Shown here one piece after another: positions 37,966 to 50,008 of a DNA stretch of 64,000 nt; position 1 is the first letter of the stretch, and the number at the start of each line of letters is the position of its first letter. Made by a program: the position numbers and the translations under genes. The DNA comes from Mobula hypostoma. Its lineage: Eukaryota. A model generated the notes under the pieces. That model had not been told where the DNA came from and did no database searches. It saw only the letters and a program-made list of their open reading frames with translations. The DNA lies in contig NC_086109.1 in NCBI RefSeq assembly GCF_963921235.1, forward strand, positions 29,576,001-29,640,000, written 5' to 3'.

Positions 37966-38621
37966 TTATGGGTATATGAGTATACAATGAAACTTCCTTA
38001 CAGAGCATTAAGTGTAATGAAATTATGTCACCAGATATAAAAAGTTACCACTGAATCGAAGAAGATTCACAGACAGTTTTAAAATAACAGGTGAAATGTG
38101 ATTTTAGATTGGCCTGTGCATATTTTCACTTATCATAAGTTACATCAAGGGATGGATACGCAAAAGTTTTCAGGAAGTTAGTAGAACTTGACATACTAAA
38201 GACAGATGGAAAATCGTGGTTACCCACGTCATATGACACGGCATATAATGATGATGATAATATGCTTATTTACACAGCAGCGAGTGAAGAATCATAAACT
38301 ATGACACTACAACCTTCCAACTTACCATCCAGAAATCAAAAATTAGTAACTTACACCTCCAGCATTAAACAACTCCTGCCACGGTTCCCATATATCCATT
38401 TCATTGGGAATTATCCATTATCATACATCAACTTTTTGCAACAAATGTTTTTGTTGACAGAAGCAAGGTTTACTTCACTTAGTAACTAGCTTTATCATGT
38501 GATTGCATCTTGAGATCCATTATGTAGATTACTGAAGAATAAGACAAACATACAGCATGGTGGTTCTTTGATCTACAGCGGATCTTTCAGATGTTCAGAT
38601 GTGTCGTCGATCAGCGCTGTA

Positions 38622-39033
38622 CAGTCCTTTGGAAAATTCTTAAGCACATGAAAAAAAAATTCATAATGCAAAGATGCTTTCAGAATACTGAAATGAAAAT
38701 TTTCTGAATATCAAAAAAATTACTGTAAAGAGCAGTAAACAGTAAAAAGCTGAATTACATCATTATTCAGTGTGACCACCCTTTGCCTTTTAAACTGCAT
38801 CAATTCTCTTAGGTACACAGTTGTGCAGTTTTATAAGAAAATCGTCTGGTAGGTTGTTCCAAGCATCTTGGAGAACATGTCACAGTCCTGCAGACTTTGG
38901 CTGTCGTGATGTTTCTGTCTCTCCAGGTAATCCCAGACAGTCTTGATGATGTTGATATGAGAGCTCTGTGGAGCCCACACCATCGGAAACCATATAAAAA
39001 ACCTAGGGTGCCTAAGACTTTTGCACAGTACTG
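38622..39033 (-). mobile_element. Internally deleted Tc1 element
   Basis: TIRs CAGTCCTTTGGAAAATTCTTAAGCAC / CAGTACTGTGCAAAAGTCTTAGGCAC; transposase remnant WAPQSSHINIIKTVWDYLE (WPPQSPDLNxIE motif). Confidence 0.85.
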
Positions 39034-39054
39034 CACATGAGAAAATAAGGCATT

Positions 39055-39797
39055 TCAAAGCTCAAAGTATTATCAAAGTATGTGTACCATATAAAACCCT
39101 GAGATTCATCTTCTTACTGACACCCAAAGCAAAATAGAATCCATGAAAACTACCACAACAGAGACCAACAAATATTCAATGTGCAAAAGAGGTCAAATTG
39201 TTCTAACAGTAAAAAAAACCACGCAGATAATATACTGTATAGGACAGAGGCTGCAGCGTCTCCAAAAGTGCGTCCACAGCTCAGAGTCAGTTCAGTGCTG
39301 AGGTGAGTGAAACTGGTATAGCAGCCCGATGGCTGCAGGGCAACAACTGCACCCGAACCTGGTGGAGTGGGACAGAAGGCTCCAGCACTTTCCACTCAAT
39401 AGTAGCAGTCCGAAGAAGGGGAGATGGCGCTGAACACCAGTTCATTTTCCACTCTTGGGCCTCAATGCTTTAATCTGCCTTGATGCTTCAATTGGCAAGG
39501 AGTAATGGAGCTGAGCATGGGTTCATTTTCCACTCTTGAGGCTTGACACAGCATCTGCCCCCAGCAATAACTGCTTTGGCAAAGGCCGCACCTGCATTCT
39601 TCAGAGTCATGTTAGCCGAATCCTTCAGGAGATCATAAAATTGCTAGTTAGCTTAGACAGTTCGAAGATACATTTCTTGAAGGAATATTACAGACTGTGG
39701 ATTACAGTGATGATAGTTCAGAATTATAACTAGTAGAGTATCTAGTAGTTTTGTCAGCTGACTGCAAAACGTCACCGTATGTCACCAGCACTATCTT
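39055..39797 (-). mobile_element. Non-autonomous element with a Rex-type tail
   Basis: Rex-like 3' UTR at left; reverse start AAGATAGTGCTGG; internal 18-bp repeat GTTCATTTTCCACTCTTG. Confidence 0.5.
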
Positions 39798-39799
39798 AC

Positions 39800-40300
39800 A
39801 GAGGGTAAGTAGGAGTGGAAGTTGGTCACACAGCCTCTCAAACCTGCCCTTCCATTGCATACCATGGCTGACCTGCCCCACAACTCATCTCTTCTTCTGT
39901 GCCAGTTTCTTTAATTCCATAATCTTTTAATTAATTATCTATTTCCTCTTTATATATATCTAATGATATAGCCTCCACAGACTTCCAGAGGTTCAGAATT
40001 TTGGTTTCAGCACCATCTATGAGAATAAGTTGCAACTATACCCCCCAGTTTGAGATTCTCACACTACTAGAATTTGTACATAGTACTCCACATGTGGCCT
40101 CACTGGTATCCTGTACAACAGTAACTATATATCACTATTTTTAAACTCCAGGCCTCTTACAATGATGGTCAATTTGTCTTCCCAACCACTTGTAGCATCT
40201 CTCTGTTAGCTTTCTAGTAATATCCCGATTTCTCTACACTTCACCCATCTGCAGTCTTTTTGGTCTGACTTTAGATTTCCGTTTGCAAAGTGCATGAACT
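39800..40300 (-). mobile_element. Old CR1 fragments
   Basis: Reverse of AGGCCACATGTGGAGTAC (RPH.EY) and HFA motifs. Confidence 0.55.
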
Positions 40301-40749
40301 CATTCTTTGTCACAATAAGAATGATGAATTGAATCATAGCAGAAACTTGACCAATATAAAACTCCATGACTTTGGTAAACATGTTACTCATTTTTGATAC
40401 ATTTGATCTGATCTCTGTAACTTGAGCTTGTTTGCACAATCAGTAAACCTGACCAGAAATGTTAGTTAAGTTGTGAATGCACAATAAGACCGTCCATTTA
40501 TATAGCGCATTTATGATATCTTTACAGTAGTGTTAAATAAAAAAAGTTGTAAGCCACATAAAGAGACAATGGGGCAGATAAAACACTTAGTCAATGGTGT
40601 AGGTTTAACGGCAAATCTTAAAGGAAGTCAGAGAGTTGAAGAGACAGAAGAATTATGGGAGAAATTCCATAAAATGTGGGTCTCACATTAAGAACAAAAT
40701 TAAAGCCAAACAAGAAATGCTCAATAGGACAAAACGAAAACACCTTTGG

Positions 40750-41905
40750 AAAATGTAACTGTTCCAGGGAACTATAAGCTGGTAAACCTAATATCAGTGG
40801 TGAGCAAGTTACTGAAGGGATTCTGAGAGACCAGATCTAGCTTATTTGGAAAGACTGATTGGGAAAAGTCAACATGGGCCTGTGCATGGGAAATCATGTC
40901 TCATGAAGCTGATTTTGAAGTGATAATCAAGAAGGTTGAAGAGGACAGGATAGTAGACATTGACGTGGACATAAGCAAGGTTTTGTCAGGATCCCAAGTG
41001 GCAGGTTAGTCTGGAAGTTAGATCACATAGCATCTACGATGAGCTAGCCAACTAGATACAAAATTGGCCTAATGGAGGACATCAGAAGATGATAGTGAAT
41101 TATATGTATTTTTTTCTGAATAAAGTCTATGATTAAAACTTTGGGGAAGAGGTTGGTGCAATCTCCATCATTGTTTGCCATTTACAATTGGGATAAGAAT
41201 GTATGTGGCATAGTTAGTAGGCTTCTGGATAACACCAAAATTAATGGCATAATGGACAGCGAGGAAGGTTACCTAAAATTTAAAAAAAAGATTTAGTTCA
41301 ACTAGGAAAGTGGGCCATGAAAAAACAGATGCATTGTAACTTGAAAAGGTATGAAGTTTTGCATTTTGGTAAGCTAAACCAGGTCAGGACTTACTCACTA
41401 AATGGCAGGGTCCTGACACCAGAGGTACAAGTACATAGTTCCCTGAAGGTAGTAACAGGTAGACAGGGCTGTGAAGAGAGTGTATGGCACATTTGTTTTC
41501 ATCAGTCAGAGCACCAAGCATAAGACTTGTGCATCATGTTACAACTGTACAAGATGCTGTGTACCACACACAGGCTATTATGTGCTGTTCTGCGTGCCGA
41601 GCTAAAGGAAGGACGTCATTAGCCTGGAAATGTGTAGAAAAGATTCACAAGGATGTTACATGCACTCGAGGCGTTGGGTTATAAGAAGAGACAATCAAGG
41701 CTGGTGCTCTTTATTCCCCCAGAGCATAGGAGGCTGAAGGGTAACCTTATTAAGGCATATAAAATCGTGAGACGCAAAAGTAATTCAAATGGTTACAGAC
41801 CTTTTCCCCAAGATAGTAGAGACTAAAGCTAGAGGGTGTAGATTTAGGGTAAGATAGGAAAGACTTATGGGGCAGTATTTTCACACTGATGGTGGCGGGT
41901 AAACA
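40750..41905 (+). mobile_element. Old CR1 RT fragment
   Basis: PGNYKLVNL-like, YEVLHFGKLNQ, KIHKDV. Confidence 0.8.
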
Positions 41906-42067
41906 AAACAAGTTTGTCATTTGTTAGTGTTTAACTAGCTTAAGAATGATATAGAGCTAAGTGATACAGTCATAGCCCACAGACACGGGGTCTTTGACTC
42001 ATCGTGTCCATGCCAACCATTGTCCTTATTTTACTCATCCGACTTGTCCACAATAGAGCCATAATCT

Positions 42068-42262
42068 CAAACAAGAGAAATTCTGCAGATGCTAGAAATC
42101 CAAAGCAATGTACACAAAATGCTGGAGGAACTCGGCAGGTCAGGCAGCATCTAGGAAAAGAATACAGTCCTGCTGAAGGATTTTGGCCCAAAACGTCGAC
42201 AGTACTCTTTTCCTTGATGCTGCCTGGCCTGCTGAGCTCCTTCAGCATTTTGTGTGTGTTGC
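42068..42262. mobile_element. Two-arm Penelope mini-insertion with 13-bp TSD
   Basis: AGAGCCATAATCT (42055-42067) / AGAGCCATAACCT (42263-42275); inserted in an old minus-strand CR1 (~41960-42800). Confidence 0.85.
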
Positions 42263-43410
42263 AGAGCCATAACCTTCCATGCCTTGATTATTCAGTGCTT
42301 GTACTGGTGCTTCTTAAATTTTGTGATTACATCTGCCTTTAAGCCTCCTCAGGCAGCATATTCCAACTATCAATCCAGCTCTATGTGAATGCCCTCCTTA
42401 ATGCCCTCTAAACCTTCTCCCTCGCACTTTAACCATATGCCCTTTAATTTTGACAGCCTTATTATGAGAAATAAATCATTACTGTCTACCTGCCTCTTAT
42501 AAATTTATAGACATCTATCCAGTCACCCACACTCTTTGCTCCAGGGAAAAGCCTAGACTATCCAAGCTTTCACCACAAACACAATAAAGTTGTAACATGA
42601 TGTCGCAACTTTTATATTCTGTGCCATGACCTGTGATGTCAAGCTTCCACGTGCCAGTTTCAGGGAACGCTTTCATGGACTTGCACCCTCAAGGTCTTTC
42701 TTTTCATCACTGCTGCATAAAGCTCTTGTAATTATTGCATGTGTCCTGTCCAAATCTGACTGCCCAAAATTGATCACGTATCTAGATTAAATTCCATCTG
42801 TGGGTGAGACTGGGTGTATCTTGTGTGACTCAGCACACTGAAAATGTCCCGTTATCAAATCATTCTTGTTAGAGATAAAATATTATGGAGTCGCTTTGTC
42901 TCCTGCCAAAATCGGTCACTTTGTCTCTCTTATCAGATTAATTGTTTTGGTTGACTAACATTCTATGAAAAGTTCCAATGCCCATTTTGAATTGATGTAG
43001 TCTTCAGTATCTCTTCTTGCTCTTTTGTTCAATCACTTGGTCAGAAAATTAGTCTGCTTGCAAGTGACTTATCCATACTGATTGCAGGTCAGTTTTACTA
43101 TTGTAAGAAGTAGGAGTTTGCTACTGAATTCTGAATCTGTAGCAGAGTCATTTCTTTTTTAAGCAGAGAGGTCACTCAAAAAAAAACGACTGTGTCATTT
43201 CTCCATGAGAAACAAGGGAGAAAAATAACAGTGGCATTCAGAGAAAAGAGAAAAGCAGTTTGGATGCATTATACCAAATGGCACTTGGGATCAGAAGTTC
43301 AAGTTTTTAGAAGGTATTACAGAAATTTGGGTTGCACTCCTTCATAGAGTAGATAGGGACAAATGATTTCTGCTGCTTGAGGAGGCTGGTATTAAGTAGC
43401 ATAGAATTTA

Positions 43411-43538
43411 TGACGAAGGGTCTCGGCCAGAAACGTCGACTGTACCTCTTCCTAGAGATGCTGCCTGGCCTGCTGCATTCACCAGCAACTTTTAAGTGTG
43501 CTGCCTGAAATTCCAGCATCTGCAGATTTCCTCGCGTT
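43411..43538 (+). mobile_element. Single-arm Penelope tail starting inside the hammerhead
   Basis: TGACGAAGGGTCTCGGCCAGAAACGTCGACT...; degenerate TSD ATAGAATTTA/ATAAAATCTA. Confidence 0.85.
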
Positions 43539-43803
43539 ATAAAATCTATCCCTTGTTTGTAACACTCACACACTATATTAGTAGCAGTATGTTCTATATA
43601 CAGCCTCAAAATATAGTTACAATGCAACAGAATGCCATATGCAAGCATTGCATGCACTGTTAATTATTAGTTTTGAATGTAAAATTTATAGATGTTAACC
43701 AAAGTTATTTGGTGATATTGAATAAGATTGGTATTTTGGCTCAGACCATTTATCAGCCACAGTGTAATTGAACACTGAGTGAAATAGGTTTAACAATTAA
43801 ATA

Positions 43804-43975
43804 ACGCACACAAAATGCTGGAGGAACTCAGCAGGCCAGGCAGCACCTATAAGAAAAAGTACAGTCTTGGCAACGTCGCTGTACTTTTTTTCCATAGATG
43901 CTGCCTGGCTTGCTGAGTTCCTCCAACATTCTGTGTGCGTTGCTTAGATTTCCAGCATCTGCAGATTTTCTCTTG
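43804..43975. mobile_element. Two-arm Penelope mini-insertion with 14-bp TSD
   Basis: TTAACAATTAAATA (43790-43803) / TTAACGATTAAATA (43976-43989). Confidence 0.85.
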
Positions 43976-45684
43976 TTAACGATTAAATAGACAAGTTCCT
44001 GTTGCTATGCTCTTCTTGTTCTATGAGATGAAAAGAAAACTGATTGTATAAACACTTAGTGGAGAGAGTTTCTGTGAAGAAACTTCAGAGACATTGTGCT
44101 AACCCAATGAACTGTCCTACCATTTTCCTTGATTCTGAAATCACCAGCCTTCTGTTCATCACACTAAATGCACTTCCATCAGCTTAGTGTTCCCCACACA
44201 ACACCCACCTGCAAAGTTGTCACTCTGAATAATATCTGAACTTTTACTTCACTGATATCCTACCTGGGGCAGTTTTGACAGAACTCCCTAATTTAAAAAA
44301 TCAATTAATTGTACTGTCATACTATATTTATTGAAATATCTGATGACAAAAAATATAACTAATGTTTGGGAGCAAACTATATCACTTGCTGCATTTAAAA
44401 TAATGTTGGCACTTCGAAGGTGGCAAGTGTACATTAAAAGTCTCATTTTATTTTGTATTTTTCAGAATCCAAACCCGAACGTGTCTGATGTGGCTCAGTT
44501 CAAGAAGTTCATGTTAATTTGATCATTATACCAATGACAAAGTAATCATACCAATCTTTCTGCATCTTGGTAAATGGGTTGAAATCTGCCCCTTGTTTTC
44601 TGTGATGGCAAGCATGCTCCTAGAACTCCACTTTTGCAAACATATCCATTGAAATCAAAGGATTCTAATTTCAGAATGGAGTTCTTGCATTGCTACACTT
44701 TCTACTCTGCTTATGCAGCAACTAACATGCAGCAGTTTTATATGACTCCAGATGACAAGGTAATGAAAAGTAAGAATCACTTCTTTCCCATTTTGGACTG
44801 GAAACATTCTTCACAGAGGTTGCCTGAACTGATGAGCTTCTCTACCATTTTCCATTTTAATTGTGGAATCGTTGGTTTATTTTAAATACGATTTTCTTCC
44901 AAACTCAACATCATTATAATTGTTTTATTGCTTTGGGATAAATTAGTGTAAAATTTCTGAAAATATTCACATTTTGAATGAACTCAGTGAATTCAAAATA
45001 ACTTTGTGAAAATCAAAGTTTGCAACAACTGCACATGCAGTTATTTCTGTCATAGGTGATCAGCAGATTTTTCCACCAGTCTAGGCAAAATCTAGTCTGA
45101 AATCAATGCTATGCATTGAACAATTAGTCAGAAATTTGTATATATGAAAAGAAATAATTCTTTGAGAGATTTGCATTTTGGGTAAACATTTGCTTCTTTT
45201 ATTACCCAGTGTCCCTGACAATGCTTTTATTACAGTGCTGTGTGCTGTGCATTCATCAAAAACTAAAAGCTGAGCTATATCATTGTTTGGTCTGATTTGT
45301 GATGGCTTTGGACAACAAAATATCAGAATGGAATATAATCCTTTTTGCTCATATCTTTTTGAAAATAAAATTATTTTAAAATATTTTGACACAATGATAA
45401 AACTACATTTATATTTCAGCCGTAACTCTTGAATGCTAGGAAAGGAATGCAATTGTAAATAGATTATTTTGTGACTTATATTTTCTGTTTTAAACTATGT
45501 TCACAAAAGTCATTGTCTGTTGAAATGCTCACATCAGTGATACATTTCTTTAACCTTTGTCCCACATTCATTTGGTTCGTTGAATGAAAATCTCAGGGCT
45601 GATTTTAAAGAACAACTGGGTGAATTCCTGTTTGAGTTGGACCATGAAATTATCATGTCTTGAGTTACGATTGAGAAGTTCGAT

Positions 45685-45960
45685 AGATTGATTGATTGAT
45701 TGAAATACAGTGTGGAATAGGCCCTTCCAGCCCTTCAAGCCCTGCCCCCCCGATTTAATCCTAACCTAATCATGGAACAATTTACAATGAACAATTAACC
45801 TACCAACTGCTTTGAATGTGGGCTGTGGGAGGAAACTGGAGCATGCAGAAGACCCCCATGCAGTCACAGGGAGAACATACCAATTCTCCACAGGCAGTGG
45901 CAGGAAATTAATCCGGGTCACATGTACCTTGTGCTAACCCATACCCTACGGTCCTGCCCT
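45685..45960 (-). mobile_element. HE1-like V-SINE
   Basis: V core; (GATT)n tail. Confidence 0.75.
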
Positions 45961-46578
45961 GTTGAGAGATTTGGGATTGCAGTTTGAATGAAGTAAGGTT
46001 ATCTATTAATACTTGGACAATCTTACTAAATTGAAATGAATCCCATAATTTACTGGGGTGATTTAAACTTGTGATCCTGATTTAGTAGTACAATAATTGC
46101 CTAGTGCTGCTATTTGAAGTCTCAGTGCATTATCAAATGATTTCTGATAACATCGTAATAACCTAACATGTATATATTCAAAAACAAAATATTGTATGTC
46201 TTTCATTGCTTGTGATAAGGAATTCCAAAAATATAACCAGAGCTACTAAAGAAAGACTTTCTTTTCACAGGATGTAGTCCACAGTTCAACTTTTCATGTT
46301 TATCTGATAAATTTACTCAGCATGTAACTGTACCAGAGATTCATTGGTAAATCACAATTTTGCTTCTTTAGAGCTATCAATCTAATGCATTCTCAAAAAT
46401 AGTTATTGATGTGCAAATGTTACCTTAGGGTTAAATAATGAGTTGAACCTGTGTGGTTTTCAGTCTCCACTAGTCTTCTCACACAGTTAGGCAAGTTCTG
46501 AAGATACTGATGATTCCTTGGCTTTTTGCTTCAAATTTAAAATATGTTTTTTATTCTTTATAATATAGTGTAAACATA

Positions 46579-46982
46579 GTGGGTAGTGGGTAGTGGCTCC
46601 ATATGACGACCCTGCCTTACATGAGTCCTGGGCTCAGCTGGCTCCAGCTGACAGTACCTGGTATGGGCCCCTATCCAGGGTTACCGGTCCCACTTCCTTG
46701 TGGGTATCTTCGGGAGAAGAGAAGGCTAAGGAGTAAACCCTACACAAATCCGGAGTGGAGCCCCTAAGGCGGTTGGATGACCTATCACGTCACCTCCCAG
46801 CAGCTCCTGCAGCCAAGCTGATGCCAACTGTACTGCTTCGCATTCCTTTGGACCACATCCTCGAGGCTGAGAGGGGAATCTTGATGTCTGGGCAGCCCAG
46901 GATCTCCATATTCATCGTCCAGGTCTGCGCCCCAAAAGGGCGCATCCATTGTCTACTTAGACAGACAGAGCCATTATTCTTA
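46579..46982 (+). mobile_element. GC-rich non-coding retroposon, probably RTE/RTEX-derived
   Basis: TSD TAAACATA (46571-46578, 46983-46990); ATTATT tail; GGCTAAGGAGTAAACCCT..AATCCGGAGTGGAGCCCCTAAGGCGG motif. Confidence 0.6.
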
Positions 46983-48732
46983 TAAACATATACTCTCAGC
47001 AATTTTATTTCTATTTTGTAAGCGGGCATGATTTTTTGACAAAATTATTGAAAATATTCTAAATAATGTTTGAATTTTTGTGCAGGTTTTTCTACAGGTT
47101 TTAAACAAAAAGAGATTCTAGTTATTTTCCACAAACAAGAGAAAATCGGTAGATGCAGGTTATTTAGCATTTAACATTTACTTATTTAAAGTTGTTAAAG
47201 GTGCTGGCCTAGAATTGCAGTGCATCTTTGAGGGCACATTCTGTGGTCTTTGTGTTCATACTTTTGTCATGCCCCAACTGCTGCAGACTTCAGTAACCTG
47301 AGGTTGAAGGCCACAGGTTGGGAAAGGAGAGAGGGTTGGCAGTGGGAGCATTCGTCAAAGCCCAGGGCCTGAGGTTTAGGCCAGTGATCAGCATGGATCT
47401 GAGCAGGAATTGGAGGAGGGTATTGCGGGTACACGAGGGGAGATGGAGATCAGAGAAGAATGAGGGTTATAAAGATTTGGGTATCCATAGGGAGCTTTAG
47501 GGGATTGGAAAACTGGAGTCCTGAGGTATCAGTGCCATTGCAAAGCCAGGTGAGCATGGGTTTGGGACCTGGGAATATAGGCCTTTCATTGTTTGGGGAA
47601 TAGGATCACTTTGCACTTATCTTGTGCCTAAATCATGTCAGATGTGCAAATGTTATTTATGGAAAGTATGAGATCAAATTTCCAAAGCAAAGTGAAACAA
47701 CATCAGGAAATGATTGATATCATGTTTCTGCACACCTGAAATGCATTTCCAATAACACGGTACTGAAATAAACAACCATTTCACTATGAAGTTTTTTGAG
47801 TCATTATGCTTTTGTGTTGATATATTTAAGGTCTGCAATGAATTGTTTGGGACATTTCTTATCTGCTTCGAAATTATTTCACTATGTCTGTGTAGGAGAA
47901 AATTCTGTCTGCCTAAGCTGAGTTAGCTGACTGTAACAGGGACATCAGCTCTCCCAGAATTTAGAATGTGTATGCCGTATCCAAGTTCCCTTGAAACAGA
48001 ATCAAGCACGAGTGTGAAGAACAACATACTGTAGTTTACTCTTCTCCATATTCACATGAAAGTAAAGACTTGGGCAACATGCAGACTATTATAATGATAC
48101 ATAAAGACAAAAATAGCAGGGTGGCCAGGTCGGTAAAGAATGGGAATGAAGGTTGGCTGCTGGTGACGAGTGGTGTTCCACAGTGGTGGGTGTTGGGTCT
48201 ATTACATCTTATCTTACAGGTTAATGATCTGGGTGATGGAATTGATGGTTTTATGGCCGTGTTTGCAGGTGATACAAAGATAGACGGTGGAGCAGGTAGT
48301 GACCAGGAAGCAGGGAGTCTGCAGAAGGATTTGGACAGATTAGGAAAATGGGCAAAGAAGTGGCCTGGAATACAGTGTTGGGAAGTGTATGTTCATGCAC
48401 TTTGGTAGAAGGAATAACGACATAGAATATTTTCAAGACAGAGAGTGTATTTAGAAATCAGAGGCACAAAGGGACTTGTGAGTCCTAATGCACGACTACC
48501 TAAAGGTTAACTTGCACATTGCATTAGCAGAAAGGAAGTCAAATGCAATGTTAGCATTCTTTTAAAGAATATAAAAGCGAGGATGTAAAGCTGAGTCTTT
48601 ATATTGCCTTGGTCAGACCACATTTGGAGCAGTGCGAGCAGTTTTGGGCCCCATATCTAAGAAAGGTTATGCTGGCATTGGAGAAGGTCCAGAGGAGATT
48701 TACAAGAATGATTCCAGAAGTGAATGGGTTAA

Positions 48733-49375
48733 TAGAAACATAGAAACATAGAAAATAGGTGCAGGAGTAGGCCATTCGGCCCTTCGAGCCTGCACCGCCA
48801 TTTATTATGATCATGGCTGATCATCCAACTCAGAACCCAGCCTTCCCTCCATACCCCCTGACCCCTGTAGCCACAAGGGCCATATCTAACTTCCTTTTAA
48901 ACATAGCTAATGAACTGGCCTCAACAGTTTGCTGTGGCAGAGAATTCCACAGATTCACCACTCTCTGTGTGAAGAAGTTTTTCCTAACCTCGGTCCTAAA
49001 AGGCTTCCCCTCTATCCTCAAACTGTGACCCCTCGTTCTAGACCTCCCCAACATCGGGAACAATCTTCCCGCATCTAGCCTGTCCAATCCCTTTAGGATC
49101 TTATACGTTTCAATCAGATCCCCCCTCAATCTTCTAAATTCCAACGAGTACAAGCCCAGTTCATCCAGTCTTTCTTCATATGAAAGACCTGCCATCCCAG
49201 GAATCAATCTGGTGAACCTTCTTTGTACTCCCTCTATGGCAAGGATGTCTTTCCTCAGATTAGGGGACCAAAACTGCACACAATACTCCAGGTGTGGTCT
49301 CACCAAGGCCTTGTACAACTGCAGTAGTACCTCCCTGCTCCTGTACTCGAATCCTCTCGCTATAAATGCCAGCAT
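48733..49375 (-). mobile_element. Young CR1/HER1 3' end nested antisense in an older CR1
   Basis: Uninterrupted 181-aa ORF2 C-terminus (RPHLEYCVQFWSP..FFTQRVVNLWNSLP); (TTTCTATG)n tail. Confidence 0.95.
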
Positions 49376-49508
49376 GAATGAGGAGTATTTGATGGCATTG
49401 GCTCTGTATTCACTCAGGTTTAGAAGAATGAGGAGTGGATTTCATTGAAAGTTACCAAATATTGAAAGGCCTAGATATGAAATGGCAGAGTACACTCAAT
49501 GGATTGCA

Positions 49509-50008
49509 TGGCCTTCTTATGATTCTGATCTAAGTCACCGGAGTAGCTAGTGATATAGAAGTACAACACGTAGGCTTTATACTGGAGACACTCATGGAAG
49601 AGGCTCCCCAACCGCAGTATTACATCTCATTTTTATATGTTAAAGAACAAAGGTAACAATGGGACAATTTCTACATTTACATTGCATTCATAATGCTTCC
49701 TTCAAGTTGTACATTATTTTCAATCATCTAGATCTTCACAGCAGTACATCCAAAATGAGTCTTAATCTCCACTGTCTCTGAGCTGCATTCATGCATACTG
49801 TATGCAGATATCTCAGGTGAATGGAGTGTTTCCTGGATTGCAATCAACCCCAGACGGCAGCTCCAGGAAGTCCATTGTTCTAAGCAGCATTTGAATTCAA
49901 TCTACAACCCACAAAGACCATTGTTGCTCTAAACTGCATTTTAAATTCAATCTACAATCCATATTCAGATCTGAAGACTGGTTGCTGTTGAACTTAATAT
50001 TCGCTACA
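49509..50008 (-). mobile_element. Probable solo LTR (~500 bp)
   Basis: Minus strand starts TGTAGCG; TATAAAA at ~49630; internal ~46-bp tandem duplication; possible TSD TTGCA (49504-49508, 50009-50013). Confidence 0.55.

Noticed and set aside
44465..44759. Plus-strand candidate exons (acceptors at ~44465 and ~44674, donor at ~44760)
   Set aside because: The first has stops in all frames; the second gives a short unrecognisable peptide; no coherent gene model
46271..46346. Candidate exon after CTTTTCACAG
   Set aside because: Weak donor and no recognisable peptide
46677..46741. Complete HDV-like ribozyme
   Set aside because: A P2-like pairing and CTAA are present, but no P1 or P1.1 partner could be assigned
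47260..47600. Purine-rich segment, possibly an old PLE 5' ORF on the minus strand
   Set aside because: Too decayed to assign
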